This document shows, one piece after another, positions 27,984 through 36,358 of a stretch of 62,072 bases of DNA. Positions within the stretch are counted from its first letter, which is position 1. Every line of letters starts with the position of its first letter. Under the pieces are notes generated by a model. That model saw only the letters and a list, made by a program, of their open reading frames with translations, made no database searches and was not told where the DNA came from. This stretch comes from an uncultured virus (IMG/VR IMGVR_UViG_2061766007_000215) (Duplodnaviria > Heunggongvirae > Uroviricota > Caudoviricetes): the IMG/VR virus record IMGVR_UViG_2061766007_000215. The stretch is one strand, 5' to 3'. The position numbers and the translations under genes are program-made.

Positions 27984-28740
27984 AAACTTAATAGTTTTGT
28001 AAGGATTAAGTCTGACTATAAATCCTAGTTTTTAATTGAACCTATCACACATTAAGGTTGTAGCGTGTTGCCCGATGTACACGGTCAGTTCGTGATTTTG
28101 GGTGTGATATATACAGAGCCTTTAAGGGCATTAATAAATGAACGAAAGTCGTTAGAGTCTTTCAGCAGAAGCGGTATCTAGTGGGATTTAATTTGCGGAT
28201 TAAATCATTCATCAAAAGTCTAAAACCGCTAATATCAATTCTGTACTTATAATGGGTAGACTTGCCTATCTATATGATAGTGGTAATTTTAGGGCGACAA
28301 GTCAGATTAGTTTGAGTCGGGGCGACTAATCAAATTATATAGGGGATTCCTGTTGGCGAGAAGTGGTAAGGCAACCATAAGTATTCCAAATAAATGCAGG
28401 TGGGAACGTGTCGTAGACAAGGAGAAGGACAGGGTACGACATTATGTGAGTGACGGGAACGTTAAAATTATGAATATTAAAGATTTACACCTTAATACAT
28501 ATAAATACCATATAAAAGTTAGCAGATTTACAGATATATATACTAACTCTTTATGGTATGCGGTTAAGGCATATATACGAAAATATATCTAATGGCAATA
28601 ACGCTTTTTGCGTTTCAGTAAAACAACAAGACCTTGTTTTCGGTGCAAGGTTAAAAAAACCGACAAACTTAGCCCTTTACGGGCAGTTATAAAGTCAAGA
28701 AAAAGGCTAACTGACTTTGTTTCGGTTGGCTTTTTTCAAT
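27983..28740 (+). ncRNA. putative structured ncRNA cluster, copy X (contiguous)
   Basis: About 750 nt with no credible ORF, dense hairpins and pseudoknots, modules conserved with copy Y. Confidence 0.65.
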
Positions 28741-28754
28741 ATTAAGGAGTAATT

Positions 28755-29107
28755 ATGGCAAAGAAAATAGAAAAAGTCCGTTTATGTAAAGGACATAATT
28801 CTCCTTTGCTTAATTGCTTAGGAGATATGAGAGAATCCGAGTTTTATACAAGTTGGTCTAAATTTACTGATGGTAAAGTTCCATATTGTAAAACTTGTGT
28901 AAATAAAATATATGAATATTATTTAAGAGAAACGGGTTCTGATAAAACTGCATTATATTTTACTTTAATGAAATTAGATATTCCCTTTATCGAGGAAGTA
29001 TATAATAGTATTGCAGAAAAGAAAACTGTAACTATTAGTACATATATCACAACCTTACAAAGAAAAACTACCTGTCAAGATATTTGGAGTGATTTTACGG
29101 CTACAGA
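28755..29107 (+). CDS. Zn-finger protein, possible terminase small subunit (truncated)
   Basis: FY.S....DGKVPYCKTC...LDIPF resembles SPbeta-like small terminase N-termini (from memory, not searched). Confidence 0.4.
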
Positions 29108-29255
29108 NNNNNNNNNNGTCCTACAGGTGTTAATTTTTATGATTTAATGGGTATTCCATCTGCTTGTAGAAATTGTGGTAACCACCCTGTTAATGGCGGT
29201 AGTGGTATTTGTCATTGTACATTAGGATTACAAACATTTTATTAAGGAGATAATT

Positions 29256-29588
29256 ATGAACGAAATAATAGCATTTCTTTCAGAAAATTGGTACGTAATA
29301 GTAATGGTGTTGGTCTTGGCGTTTGCTATTTATTACACGATAACGAATAAACAAAAAGCAAAAGAATGGTTACGTTGGTGTGTAACTGTAGCAGAAAATG
29401 AACTTGGAAAAAGTACAGGTCAACTTAAATTGCGTATGGTGTATGATATGTTTATAGAAAAGTTTCCTGTATTTTCTAGTATATTGCCCTTTAACATTTT
29501 TTCAAAGTGGGTCGATTTAGCCCTTGAATGGATGAGAGAACAAATAGATAAAAATGAAGCAATTAAGGCATTTACAGAAAATAATTAA
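29256..29588 (+). CDS. holin, allele 3
   Basis: Homologous to 25460-25786. Confidence 0.75.
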   Translation: MNEIIAFLSENWYVIVMVLVLAFAIYYTITNKQKAKEWLRWCVTVAENELGKSTGQLKLRMVYDMFIEKFPVFSSILPFNIFSKWVDLALEWMREQIDKNEAIKAFTENN

Positions 29589-29721
29589 AGAATTAATTAA
29601 ATAATCCGATATAAATAAGTACGGAATAGGGTCGCTCCCGATAAGTCGCATAGTCCAACGATTTTCCGTACTTTTTTTAAAATTTGGATTTTTTAATATT
29701 TTAATATAAAGGACACATATT

Positions 29722-30813
29722 ATGAGTATTAAAGCAAGCAATAAAGAAATAATTAAAGAAGATGAAATATGGACAGTATATGTTCATATTATACCAAAAG
29801 AAATATCAAAATACGATTATAATAAATATTATGTAGGTATTACAAGTAGACCTGTTAAATATAGGTGGAATAATGGTAATCATTATAAAGAACAATTATT
29901 TTATAATGCAATTAAAAAATATGGTTGGGATAATATAATACATTATATAGTTGCTACACATCTTTTAGAAGATGAAGCAAAAGAATTAGAAAAAACATTA
30001 ATAAATAAATTAAAATGTAATATATATAAAGATAAGTATGGTTATAACTCTACAGATGGTGGTGATGGTGCATATATATTAGGTTATGTTCCATCAGAAA
30101 ACGCACGATTAAAAATGAGTAAAAATCATTGTGACGACAATGGTAAAAAAAGAATATATCAATTTGATATAAATGGTAAATACATAAAATCTTATAGTAG
30201 TGCAATAGAGGCATCTCGTTTATTGGGATTTAAAAGTCATCATTTTAGTAAATATATAAAAAATCAAGAACTATATCGTGGATATTTGTGGGGTTATGAA
30301 TCTGATATTGAATTAATTGATAATATTCCTGTATTAAAATATAGATATAAAGAAAAAATAAAAAAGATTTCTTGTTCTAAAAAAATATATCAATTTGACC
30401 TTAATGGTAATTATATAACAACTTATTTAAATGTAAAAGACGCAGTAAATAAAGCCAATATAACATATAGTGTTGGTGAATGTATTAAAAAACACAAACC
30501 CTTTTGTGGATATTTATGGGGATTTGATAAAAATATCACATTAATTAATAATATACCTAAATTAAATTATACTTATAAAAGAATTATACCTAAAAGATGT
30601 AAACCTATATATATGTTTGATTTTTATGGAAGATTCATTAAAAAATATGATACGGCTATTGAAGCAGGAAAAGAAAATAATATTAGTAATCAATATATTA
30701 CTAGGTCGGCTAGAATATTAAATACAAGTGGCGGGTATTATTGGAGATATGAAAACGGTATAAGTTTTGATGAAAACAATAATCCTATTTTATTAATAGA
30801 GAATATAAAATAA
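29722..30813 (+). CDS. free-standing GIY-YIG homing endonuclease with NUMOD1-like repeats
   Basis: WTVYVH...KYYVGIT...RW..G...GYNST.GGDG; three IYQFD.NG.YI..Y repeats. Confidence 0.85.
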   Translation: MSIKASNKEIIKEDEIWTVYVHIIPKEISKYDYNKYYVGITSRPVKYRWNNGNHYKEQLFYNAIKKYGWDNIIHYIVATHLLEDEAKELEKTLINKLKCNIYKDKYGYNSTDGGDGAYILGYVPSENARLKMSKNHCDDNGKKRIYQFDINGKYIKSYSSAIEASRLLGFKSHHFSKYIKNQELYRGYLWGYESDIELIDNIPVLKYRYKEKIKKISCSKKIYQFDLNGNYITTYLNVKDAVNKANITYSVGECIKKHKPFCGYLWGFDKNITLINNIPKLNYTYKRIIPKRCKPIYMFDFYGRFIKKYDTAIEAGKENNISNQYITRSARILNTSGGYYWRYENGISFDENNNPILLIENIK

Positions 30814-30981
30814 TGTTAATTTTGTTGGATAAATTAAAAGATTTTAAAGCCACTCTAAAATTAGGGTGGCTTTGTTTTTTAGGTAAACCAAATAAAGATA
30901 TAGATAAAATATATTTTAATTTTATTAATAAAAATAAANNNNNNNNNNTAATATTTATGATAATTAAGGGGATGATAAAAC

Positions 30982-32565
30982 ATGAGTAAAATCGGAAATT
31001 CCTCCATAGATGAACGTAATAAAACGAGTGGTGGTAAAGCAGGTGACCAAACAGGCAGAGAAGTTTGTACAACTTCATGGTATAAAAAAAATTGGACATA
31101 TGTTTTACGTGCTAAAGATAAAAATATAGCCGAACGTATGGCAAAGGCTTGTGAAGATGGTTGTGCAAATCCCGCACTTGGTTATGACCAAAATCAGCGC
31201 AATTCTTTACGAACTCAAGCAAAACTTTGTGGTATGAATTTAGCGTTAATTAAAACTGATTGTGAATGTGATTGTAGTTCATTTATGTCAGTATGTGCTG
31301 AATGTGCAGGTGTTCCTATTTCTTATAATGGTAATAATGCACCCACTACATCATCTATGAAGTCAGCATTTATGAATACGGGTTATTTTGATTTACTTAC
31401 AGATAATAAATATCTACAAGATGATAAGTATCTTAAAAGAGGGGATATTTTAGTAGCCGTAGGTCAACATACTGTAATGATATTAGAAGATGGTGTTATG
31501 GCTGATATATCTAAAATAGAAACAGTATCAACTCAAATTAAAGCGGTTGATATTTCACAATTTAATATTATAACTGATTATAAAAAGATGACTAATGAAA
31601 TAACTCATATAATCATACGTATAGGTAGACGTGGTTCATCTGATGGAAATATAGTAGAGGACAATTCATTCCAAAAGCACATAACTAATTGTATATCTAA
31701 TGGAATAAAAAATATTGGAGTTTATTTTTACGACCAAAGCATTTCAGAACAAGAAGCAATAGAACAGGCTAATTGGATTGTAGATAAATTAAAATATTAT
31801 AATATTGATAAAAATATTACATTACCAATTTATATTGATTCAGAAGCAAGTCCTAATCATATAGGTCGTGCTGATAATATATCTAAAGACCAACGTACTA
31901 AGAATATTATAGCATTTTGTAATAGAATTAAATTATTAGGATTTAAAGAAGGGGTCTATGCGTCTGACAGTTGGTACAAGTCAATGCTTAATTTTGACCA
32001 AATAAAAAATTATAATATTTGGTGTGCAAGATATTCAACTCAAAAACCGACTATATCTAAGTATGATATTTGGCAATATGGCTCAGAACAATTTATTTGG
32101 GGTCAAAAACCGATTGACGTGAATTGGATATATACTTTATCATCTAATACTCAAAAACCCGAAAATAACCCCCCTACGTACAAAATAAAGGATATTAATA
32201 ATAGGGTTAAAGTAAGTGACTATCTTAATATAAGAAACCAACCATTACCTAATGCACCTATAATTGGTAAATTATATCCTAATGACCAAGTTCAAATATT
32301 TGGATATGTTCATGATTGGTATATGATAAGTACGACTATGGATAAATGGGTTAGTGCTAAATATATAATAACTAATACAGGTAAAACAATATCTAACCTA
32401 AATTATCGTGCAGGTGTAGGAACAAATAATAAATCATTGGGTATTTATGAAAAAGGAACTATTGTTAAATTACTTAATAAAGCAAATTATAATGGGGAAA
32501 TATGGTATTTATGTTTAGATAATCAAGATAGATTTGGTTGGTGTAGTGGAAAATATATTGAATAA
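30982..32565 (+). CDS. endolysin, second allele
   Basis: 527 aa, colinear with 25898-27481. Confidence 0.88.
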   Translation: MSKIGNSSIDERNKTSGGKAGDQTGREVCTTSWYKKNWTYVLRAKDKNIAERMAKACEDGCANPALGYDQNQRNSLRTQAKLCGMNLALIKTDCECDCSSFMSVCAECAGVPISYNGNNAPTTSSMKSAFMNTGYFDLLTDNKYLQDDKYLKRGDILVAVGQHTVMILEDGVMADISKIETVSTQIKAVDISQFNIITDYKKMTNEITHIIIRIGRRGSSDGNIVEDNSFQKHITNCISNGIKNIGVYFYDQSISEQEAIEQANWIVDKLKYYNIDKNITLPIYIDSEASPNHIGRADNISKDQRTKNIIAFCNRIKLLGFKEGVYASDSWYKSMLNFDQIKNYNIWCARYSTQKPTISKYDIWQYGSEQFIWGQKPIDVNWIYTLSSNTQKPENNPPTYKIKDINNRVKVSDYLNIRNQPLPNAPIIGKLYPNDQVQIFGYVHDWYMISTTMDKWVSAKYIITNTGKTISNLNYRAGVGTNNKSLGIYEKGTIVKLLNKANYNGEIWYLCLDNQDRFGWCSGKYIE

Positions 32566-32570
32566 AATTA

Positions 32571-32608
32571 AAGGGAAAAGATATATATTTTATCTTTTCC
32601 CTTTTTTT
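32571..32608. terminator. bidirectional terminator between convergent modules
   Basis: Hairpin between the endolysin (+) and thyX (-). Confidence 0.75.
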
Positions 32609-32611
32609 AGT

Positions 32612-33142
32612 TTATTTAAAATATATATTTAATGGTTTATTACAAGCAGAAAATTCGGGGCAACCCTTTTGATACATACACATGGGAACTAAAAACTCTT
32701 TAAATTCGGGATTAGTTTTAAGAACCTGTCTAACAATTTCTTTCATAACTTCTCTCGTTTCTTTTGATGCTTGATTGCACAATCTACGTCTTGCCATAAA
32801 CATAAGTTCTTGTGCATTTATGTACATTATATGACTAACTAATTCCCCTTGTGGCTTTTGCGCTCTTGGAATATTATTATTAGCCCTATCATCTCTTTGA
32901 GATTGAACAAAATGTTCAACTCCATATCCATGACGTACAAAATGCACACTTACCCAATAAGGTATTTCCATTTTAAATGCAAACCATAAGGTTCTGATAG
33001 GACTATGTTCTGCTCTTAATATCTTTATTTTCCATTCATCTGTAGGTAGTTGTGTTGATGATTTACCTATAGTATTTAATGCACATTGTTTACAGAATAG
33101 CCAATCTTCATCTGTGGGGTATTTTATCATTTCAATCTTCAT
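32612..33142 (-). CDS. thyX: FAD-dependent thymidylate synthase
   Basis: EHSPIR...VSVHFVRH...QSQR...RRLC..A..ETR. Confidence 0.8.
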   Translation of the reverse strand: MKIEMIKYPTDEDWLFCKQCALNTIGKSSTQLPTDEWKIKILRAEHSPIRTLWFAFKMEIPYWVSVHFVRHGYGVEHFVQSQRDDRANNNIPRAQKPQGELVSHIMYINAQELMFMARRRLCNQASKETREVMKEIVRQVLKTNPEFKEFLVPMCMYQKGCPEFSACNKPLNIYFK

Positions 33143-33326
33143 TCTTTTTCTTTTCCTTTATATCATAAATCATAATTCCATAACCAATACCTAACAAAAT
33201 AAATGTGATAATAGTTAATGTAAAATTATGTAATCCTTTAAAAAGATTAAAACAACTTAATATAACACTTATAAGAAATAATATTACACAAATAACATTT
33301 CTATTTGAATTAAACCATCTTATCAT
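33132..33326 (-). CDS. small membrane protein
   Basis: Two TM helices; allele at 40810-40998. Confidence 0.6.
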   Translation of the reverse strand: MIRWFNSNRNVICVILFLISVILSCFNLFKGLHNFTLTIITFILLGIGYGIMIYDIKEKKKNED

Positions 33327-33334
33327 ATAATCAC

Positions 33335-33880
33335 CTACTTTATTTGAATATTATAATTTGTAACTATTTTAGCACCTGTGATTTCTTTTCCATCTTTTAT
33401 AGCGTTATTAATTGCTACTTTATCGGGTTTTTCTTCAATTTTGGTCTTTATGTACTCTTTAGGAAGTTTATTAAAATCAAAAACTTCAACACTATCAGAT
33501 TTACGATAACTTATTTTAGAATGGGGTAATTCAAGTTTATATTTATTAATACCCTCAGTATCAAGATTACCTTGTTCATCTGTAAATTGACTTTTAACAA
33601 AATAATCTACACGATTCTTTAACCATTCACGCTTTTTTTCTCTTGCTTTCTTTTCTGTGGTTAGACGTTTAATTTCTTTATCAATTACGTCTATTTCCCC
33701 ATCTATCATTTTCTGTAAACAATTGGTATTATCAAGTTTTGTTTGCAGGTCTATTTGAATAGAATTATAAAGTTCATTAAACTCTTCTTCTGTTTCAATT
33801 ATTTCACCTGTGTCGGGGTCTACAGAATACTCTAATAAAGTCATCATAGCGTCCTGTATTTCAAATAAATTCTTATTCAT
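33335..33880 (-). CDS. Siphovirus Gp157 family protein
   Basis: EIKRL...ISYRKS.SVE...P.EY....PDKVAI..AIK.G.EI.GA. Confidence 0.85.
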   Translation of the reverse strand: MNKNLFEIQDAMMTLLEYSVDPDTGEIIETEEEFNELYNSIQIDLQTKLDNTNCLQKMIDGEIDVIDKEIKRLTTEKKAREKKREWLKNRVDYFVKSQFTDEQGNLDTEGINKYKLELPHSKISYRKSDSVEVFDFNKLPKEYIKTKIEEKPDKVAINNAIKDGKEITGAKIVTNYNIQIK

Positions 33881-34179
33881 TCTTCTTCATCTCCAATCAC
33901 TTTAACACTTACATTAGGATTAACCATTATATCATCATCTGTAACGCCATTATGCTCACACAGAATAACGTGTAGGCTTTCATATAAATCTGTTAATAAT
34001 TCCCCGTAATAACCTTTTTTACGACCACCAAATGCGGTAAGTTTGTGTTTAACGTCTAAATAATGGTCGGGAATTGCACCAACACAATCATAAATAGCCT
34101 GTATATCTGCTAGGTTTAGTTCTAATTGTATTCTTTCATTCCAATCGGTTTCATTATTTCTATTTAATTCTCTAATCAT
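33877..34179 (-). CDS. hypothetical protein
   Basis: Allele at 41552-41842. Confidence 0.6.
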   Translation of the reverse strand: MIRELNRNNETDWNERIQLELNLADIQAIYDCVGAIPDHYLDVKHKLTAFGGRKKGYYGELLTDLYESLHVILCEHNGVTDDDIMVNPNVSVKVIGDEEE

Positions 34180-34352
34180 TTGTTTTTATTCTCCGTTTTA
34201 ATAAACATTATATAATTATTATTTTGATTACAACATTCTCTTAAAAGAGATATTGTGTAAATACCTTCTCTCTTTGTGCCATTACCCCTTAGACATTCAT
34301 CGTATCTAGGACATTCTTTAGATGCACAAAGACATATATCATCTTCAAACAT
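34176..34352 (-). CDS. small Cys-rich hypothetical protein (58 aa)
   Basis: MFEDDICLCASKECPRYDECLRG...; similar sequence at about 41850-42010. Confidence 0.5.
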   Translation of the reverse strand: MFEDDICLCASKECPRYDECLRGNGTKREGIYTISLLRECCNQNNNYIMFIKTENKNK

Positions 34353-34354
34353 AT

Positions 34355-34783
34355 TTATATCCTTTCATAATTATAACCTTTTTCTGTGGTATAATAAATA
34401 TTTTGTATTCCTCTGTCTTTTAATGCTTTAGTACAACTTGGACAGGGCTTACACATTCTTGTTTTACCACAACTCTCACGATATACAAATATTGATACTT
34501 TCGACCAATCTAATTCTAAGTCTTTTGTATCAATAAGACATTTCATCTCACTATGTAAACAAGGCAAATGAGTGTCAGCAGAATAAGACCTATTATCGAG
34601 TTGCAAGTGTTCTCTGTATTTGTTATACTTGTACTGTATGGGATTCGTCTTTCTGCTATTCCACCCATTTGCGATTACCTTGTTTTTGTATACTAATACT
34701 GAACCAATATGAACTTTTTTCTTGTTATAGTCGCTGAACTTTGAAGCGTTCTTTGCTAATTTAAAAAACTTATTTATATTCAT
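34355..34783 (-). CDS. cytidine/dCMP deaminase-family protein
   Basis: IGSVLV...GWN...LHSE...PCPSC Zn motif. Confidence 0.8.
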   Translation of the reverse strand: MNINKFFKLAKNASKFSDYNKKKVHIGSVLVYKNKVIANGWNSRKTNPIQYKYNKYREHLQLDNRSYSADTHLPCLHSEMKCLIDTKDLELDWSKVSIFVYRESCGKTRMCKPCPSCTKALKDRGIQNIYYTTEKGYNYERI

Positions 34784-34789
34784 AGATAT

Positions 34790-34818
34790 ATTATATCATA
34801 TAAATACCTATTTGTCAA
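34790..34818 (-). promoter_or_regulatory. consensus sigmaA promoter
   Basis: TTGACA-17-TATAAT; ATG 6 nt downstream. Confidence 0.8.
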
Positions 34819-35036
34819 GAGTTTATTTCATCTCCATCATCTGATTCAAGTTCGACCAAAAAGTTTTCTCCGTTATCTATTGGTAAATTGGTATCTTGAA
34901 CATAATTTATAAATGCGGGTAACAACACATAATCATCTTTATCTACTCTGCCTTTTATATAATTATTCCAAAACAACCAATCTGTACTTGTAAGTTCTTT
35001 ATCTAATTCATTTTGATTTATTTGAAAGATTAACAT
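34815..35036 (-). CDS. hypothetical protein
   Basis: Allele at 42483-42683. Confidence 0.6.
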   Translation of the reverse strand: MLIFQINQNELDKELTSTDWLFWNNYIKGRVDKDDYVLLPAFINYVQDTNLPIDNGENFLVELESDDGDEINS

Positions 35037-35051
35037 TATATCACCTATGTT

Positions 35052-35867
35052 TTATTTATTTTTAATTATATCTTCTATAATTAAATCATATTTATCTTTC
35101 TTACGTTTCATATATATAGTTGCATTATCGTACAAATAATTATATACTTTTAACATATCTTCATTACTACGATAAGCAATAGACCACAAACTTTCTTTTT
35201 CTTGATATAAAGATATAATACTAGTATTTATTTCTTTATGTAAAAATTGTATAACATCATTTAAAAATTCTTTATTTCCTTGACATAATCTAATTGCTTT
35301 TGTATAAGAATTAGGTCTATCTTTTCTTTTATAAAACGCTATACTACCATCACCATCTATAATTCCTCTTAATAAATGTGGGTACATATTATGATTAATA
35401 TTAGTTGGGAATATAGTATTTAAACTCTTTCTTGGAATAACACCATATTTTGATAAATCTTTAACCATCTTATTTGATGATATTGATATTTCAAAACAAC
35501 CTCTGTTATCACTTGTAATATGTTTATTTATATAAATATCTTTTATAAAAGATTCTAAAAGATATTTGTCACATTCTTGTAAACATATACTAATACTATT
35601 TTGTTTTGTACTATGTTCAAATATACAACCATCTGATATTATTAATCCTAAAAAATATGCTTTATTTTCAGTATCTATAGTTTCAAAATAATTTTCTATA
35701 AATTGTGGTGAAAATAATTTAGTTTTTGTATATGTGTTAATATTGTTTTCTTTTAACACTTTAGAAATTGTTGGTTTACATAGATTAAATTTTTTAGCAA
35801 CATTTTCTATAGTCATTGGTTTTGATAAATAATAATTTACAATATCTTCTTTTGAATAATTTTTCAT
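35052..35867 (-). CDS. free-standing LAGLIDADG homing endonuclease
   Basis: KAYFLGLIISDGCI and LLRGIIDGDGSI. Confidence 0.88.
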   Translation of the reverse strand: MKNYSKEDIVNYYLSKPMTIENVAKKFNLCKPTISKVLKENNINTYTKTKLFSPQFIENYFETIDTENKAYFLGLIISDGCIFEHSTKQNSISICLQECDKYLLESFIKDIYINKHITSDNRGCFEISISSNKMVKDLSKYGVIPRKSLNTIFPTNINHNMYPHLLRGIIDGDGSIAFYKRKDRPNSYTKAIRLCQGNKEFLNDVIQFLHKEINTSIISLYQEKESLWSIAYRSNEDMLKVYNYLYDNATIYMKRKKDKYDLIIEDIIKNK

Positions 35868-35875
35868 ATAATTTC

Positions 35876-36358
35876 TTATGAAATCCTTTCAGCATATTGA
35901 TTAGGACTTGATAATTCTATTCCTAATATTTCATCATAATGGTGTGGTTGGTCGGGAATAAAACGTCCAAATTTAATAATAATGTTAGGAAATTGTTTTA
36001 AATTTCGTATAATATATCCTTTATTATATATTTCTTCTTCTGTATATCCTGTATAAATCACAATATCATCAATAGTTTTATTCCTTATTGCACATATTAA
36101 TTCCCATAAATTTTCCCAACTATCAAAAGGTTCTAACCCACCACATACAATAGCGTTTGTAATAGGATTATCTATATATTTTTGTGCTATTTTATCAGCA
36201 CGTATTTTTATATTAGGAAGTTTTACTAATTTACTATTTTGACATATAGATTGACCACATTCTTTATCACATTTAAAACTACAAGTAGGAAATATAATAA
36301 ACATGGATATTTTTTTATAATTTATTGTATCTGTTTCAATAATATCTTTAACTAACAC
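35876..36358 (-). CDS. nrdG: anaerobic RNR activating radical SAM protein
   Basis: CSFKC...CQN cluster motif, GGLEPF, YTGY, S.NQYA; adjacent to nrdD. Confidence 0.85.
   Translation of the reverse strand: MLVKDIIETDTINYKKISMFIIFPTCSFKCDKECGQSICQNSKLVKLPNIKIRADKIAQKYIDNPITNAIVCGGLEPFDSWENLWELICAIRNKTIDDIVIYTGYTEEEIYNKGYIIRNLKQFPNIIIKFGRFIPDQPHHYDEILGIELSSPNQYAERIS

Noticed and set aside
28341..28406. tRNA or tmRNA-like element
   Set aside because: It has a D-loop-like AGTGGTA but no GTTCRA T-loop, anticodon arm or acceptor stem.
28353..28592. 79-aa ORF inside the ncRNA cluster
   Set aside because: TTG start; the only part shared with copy Y is the invariant M5 hairpin and its flanks are unrelated. 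Probably spurious, though not excluded.
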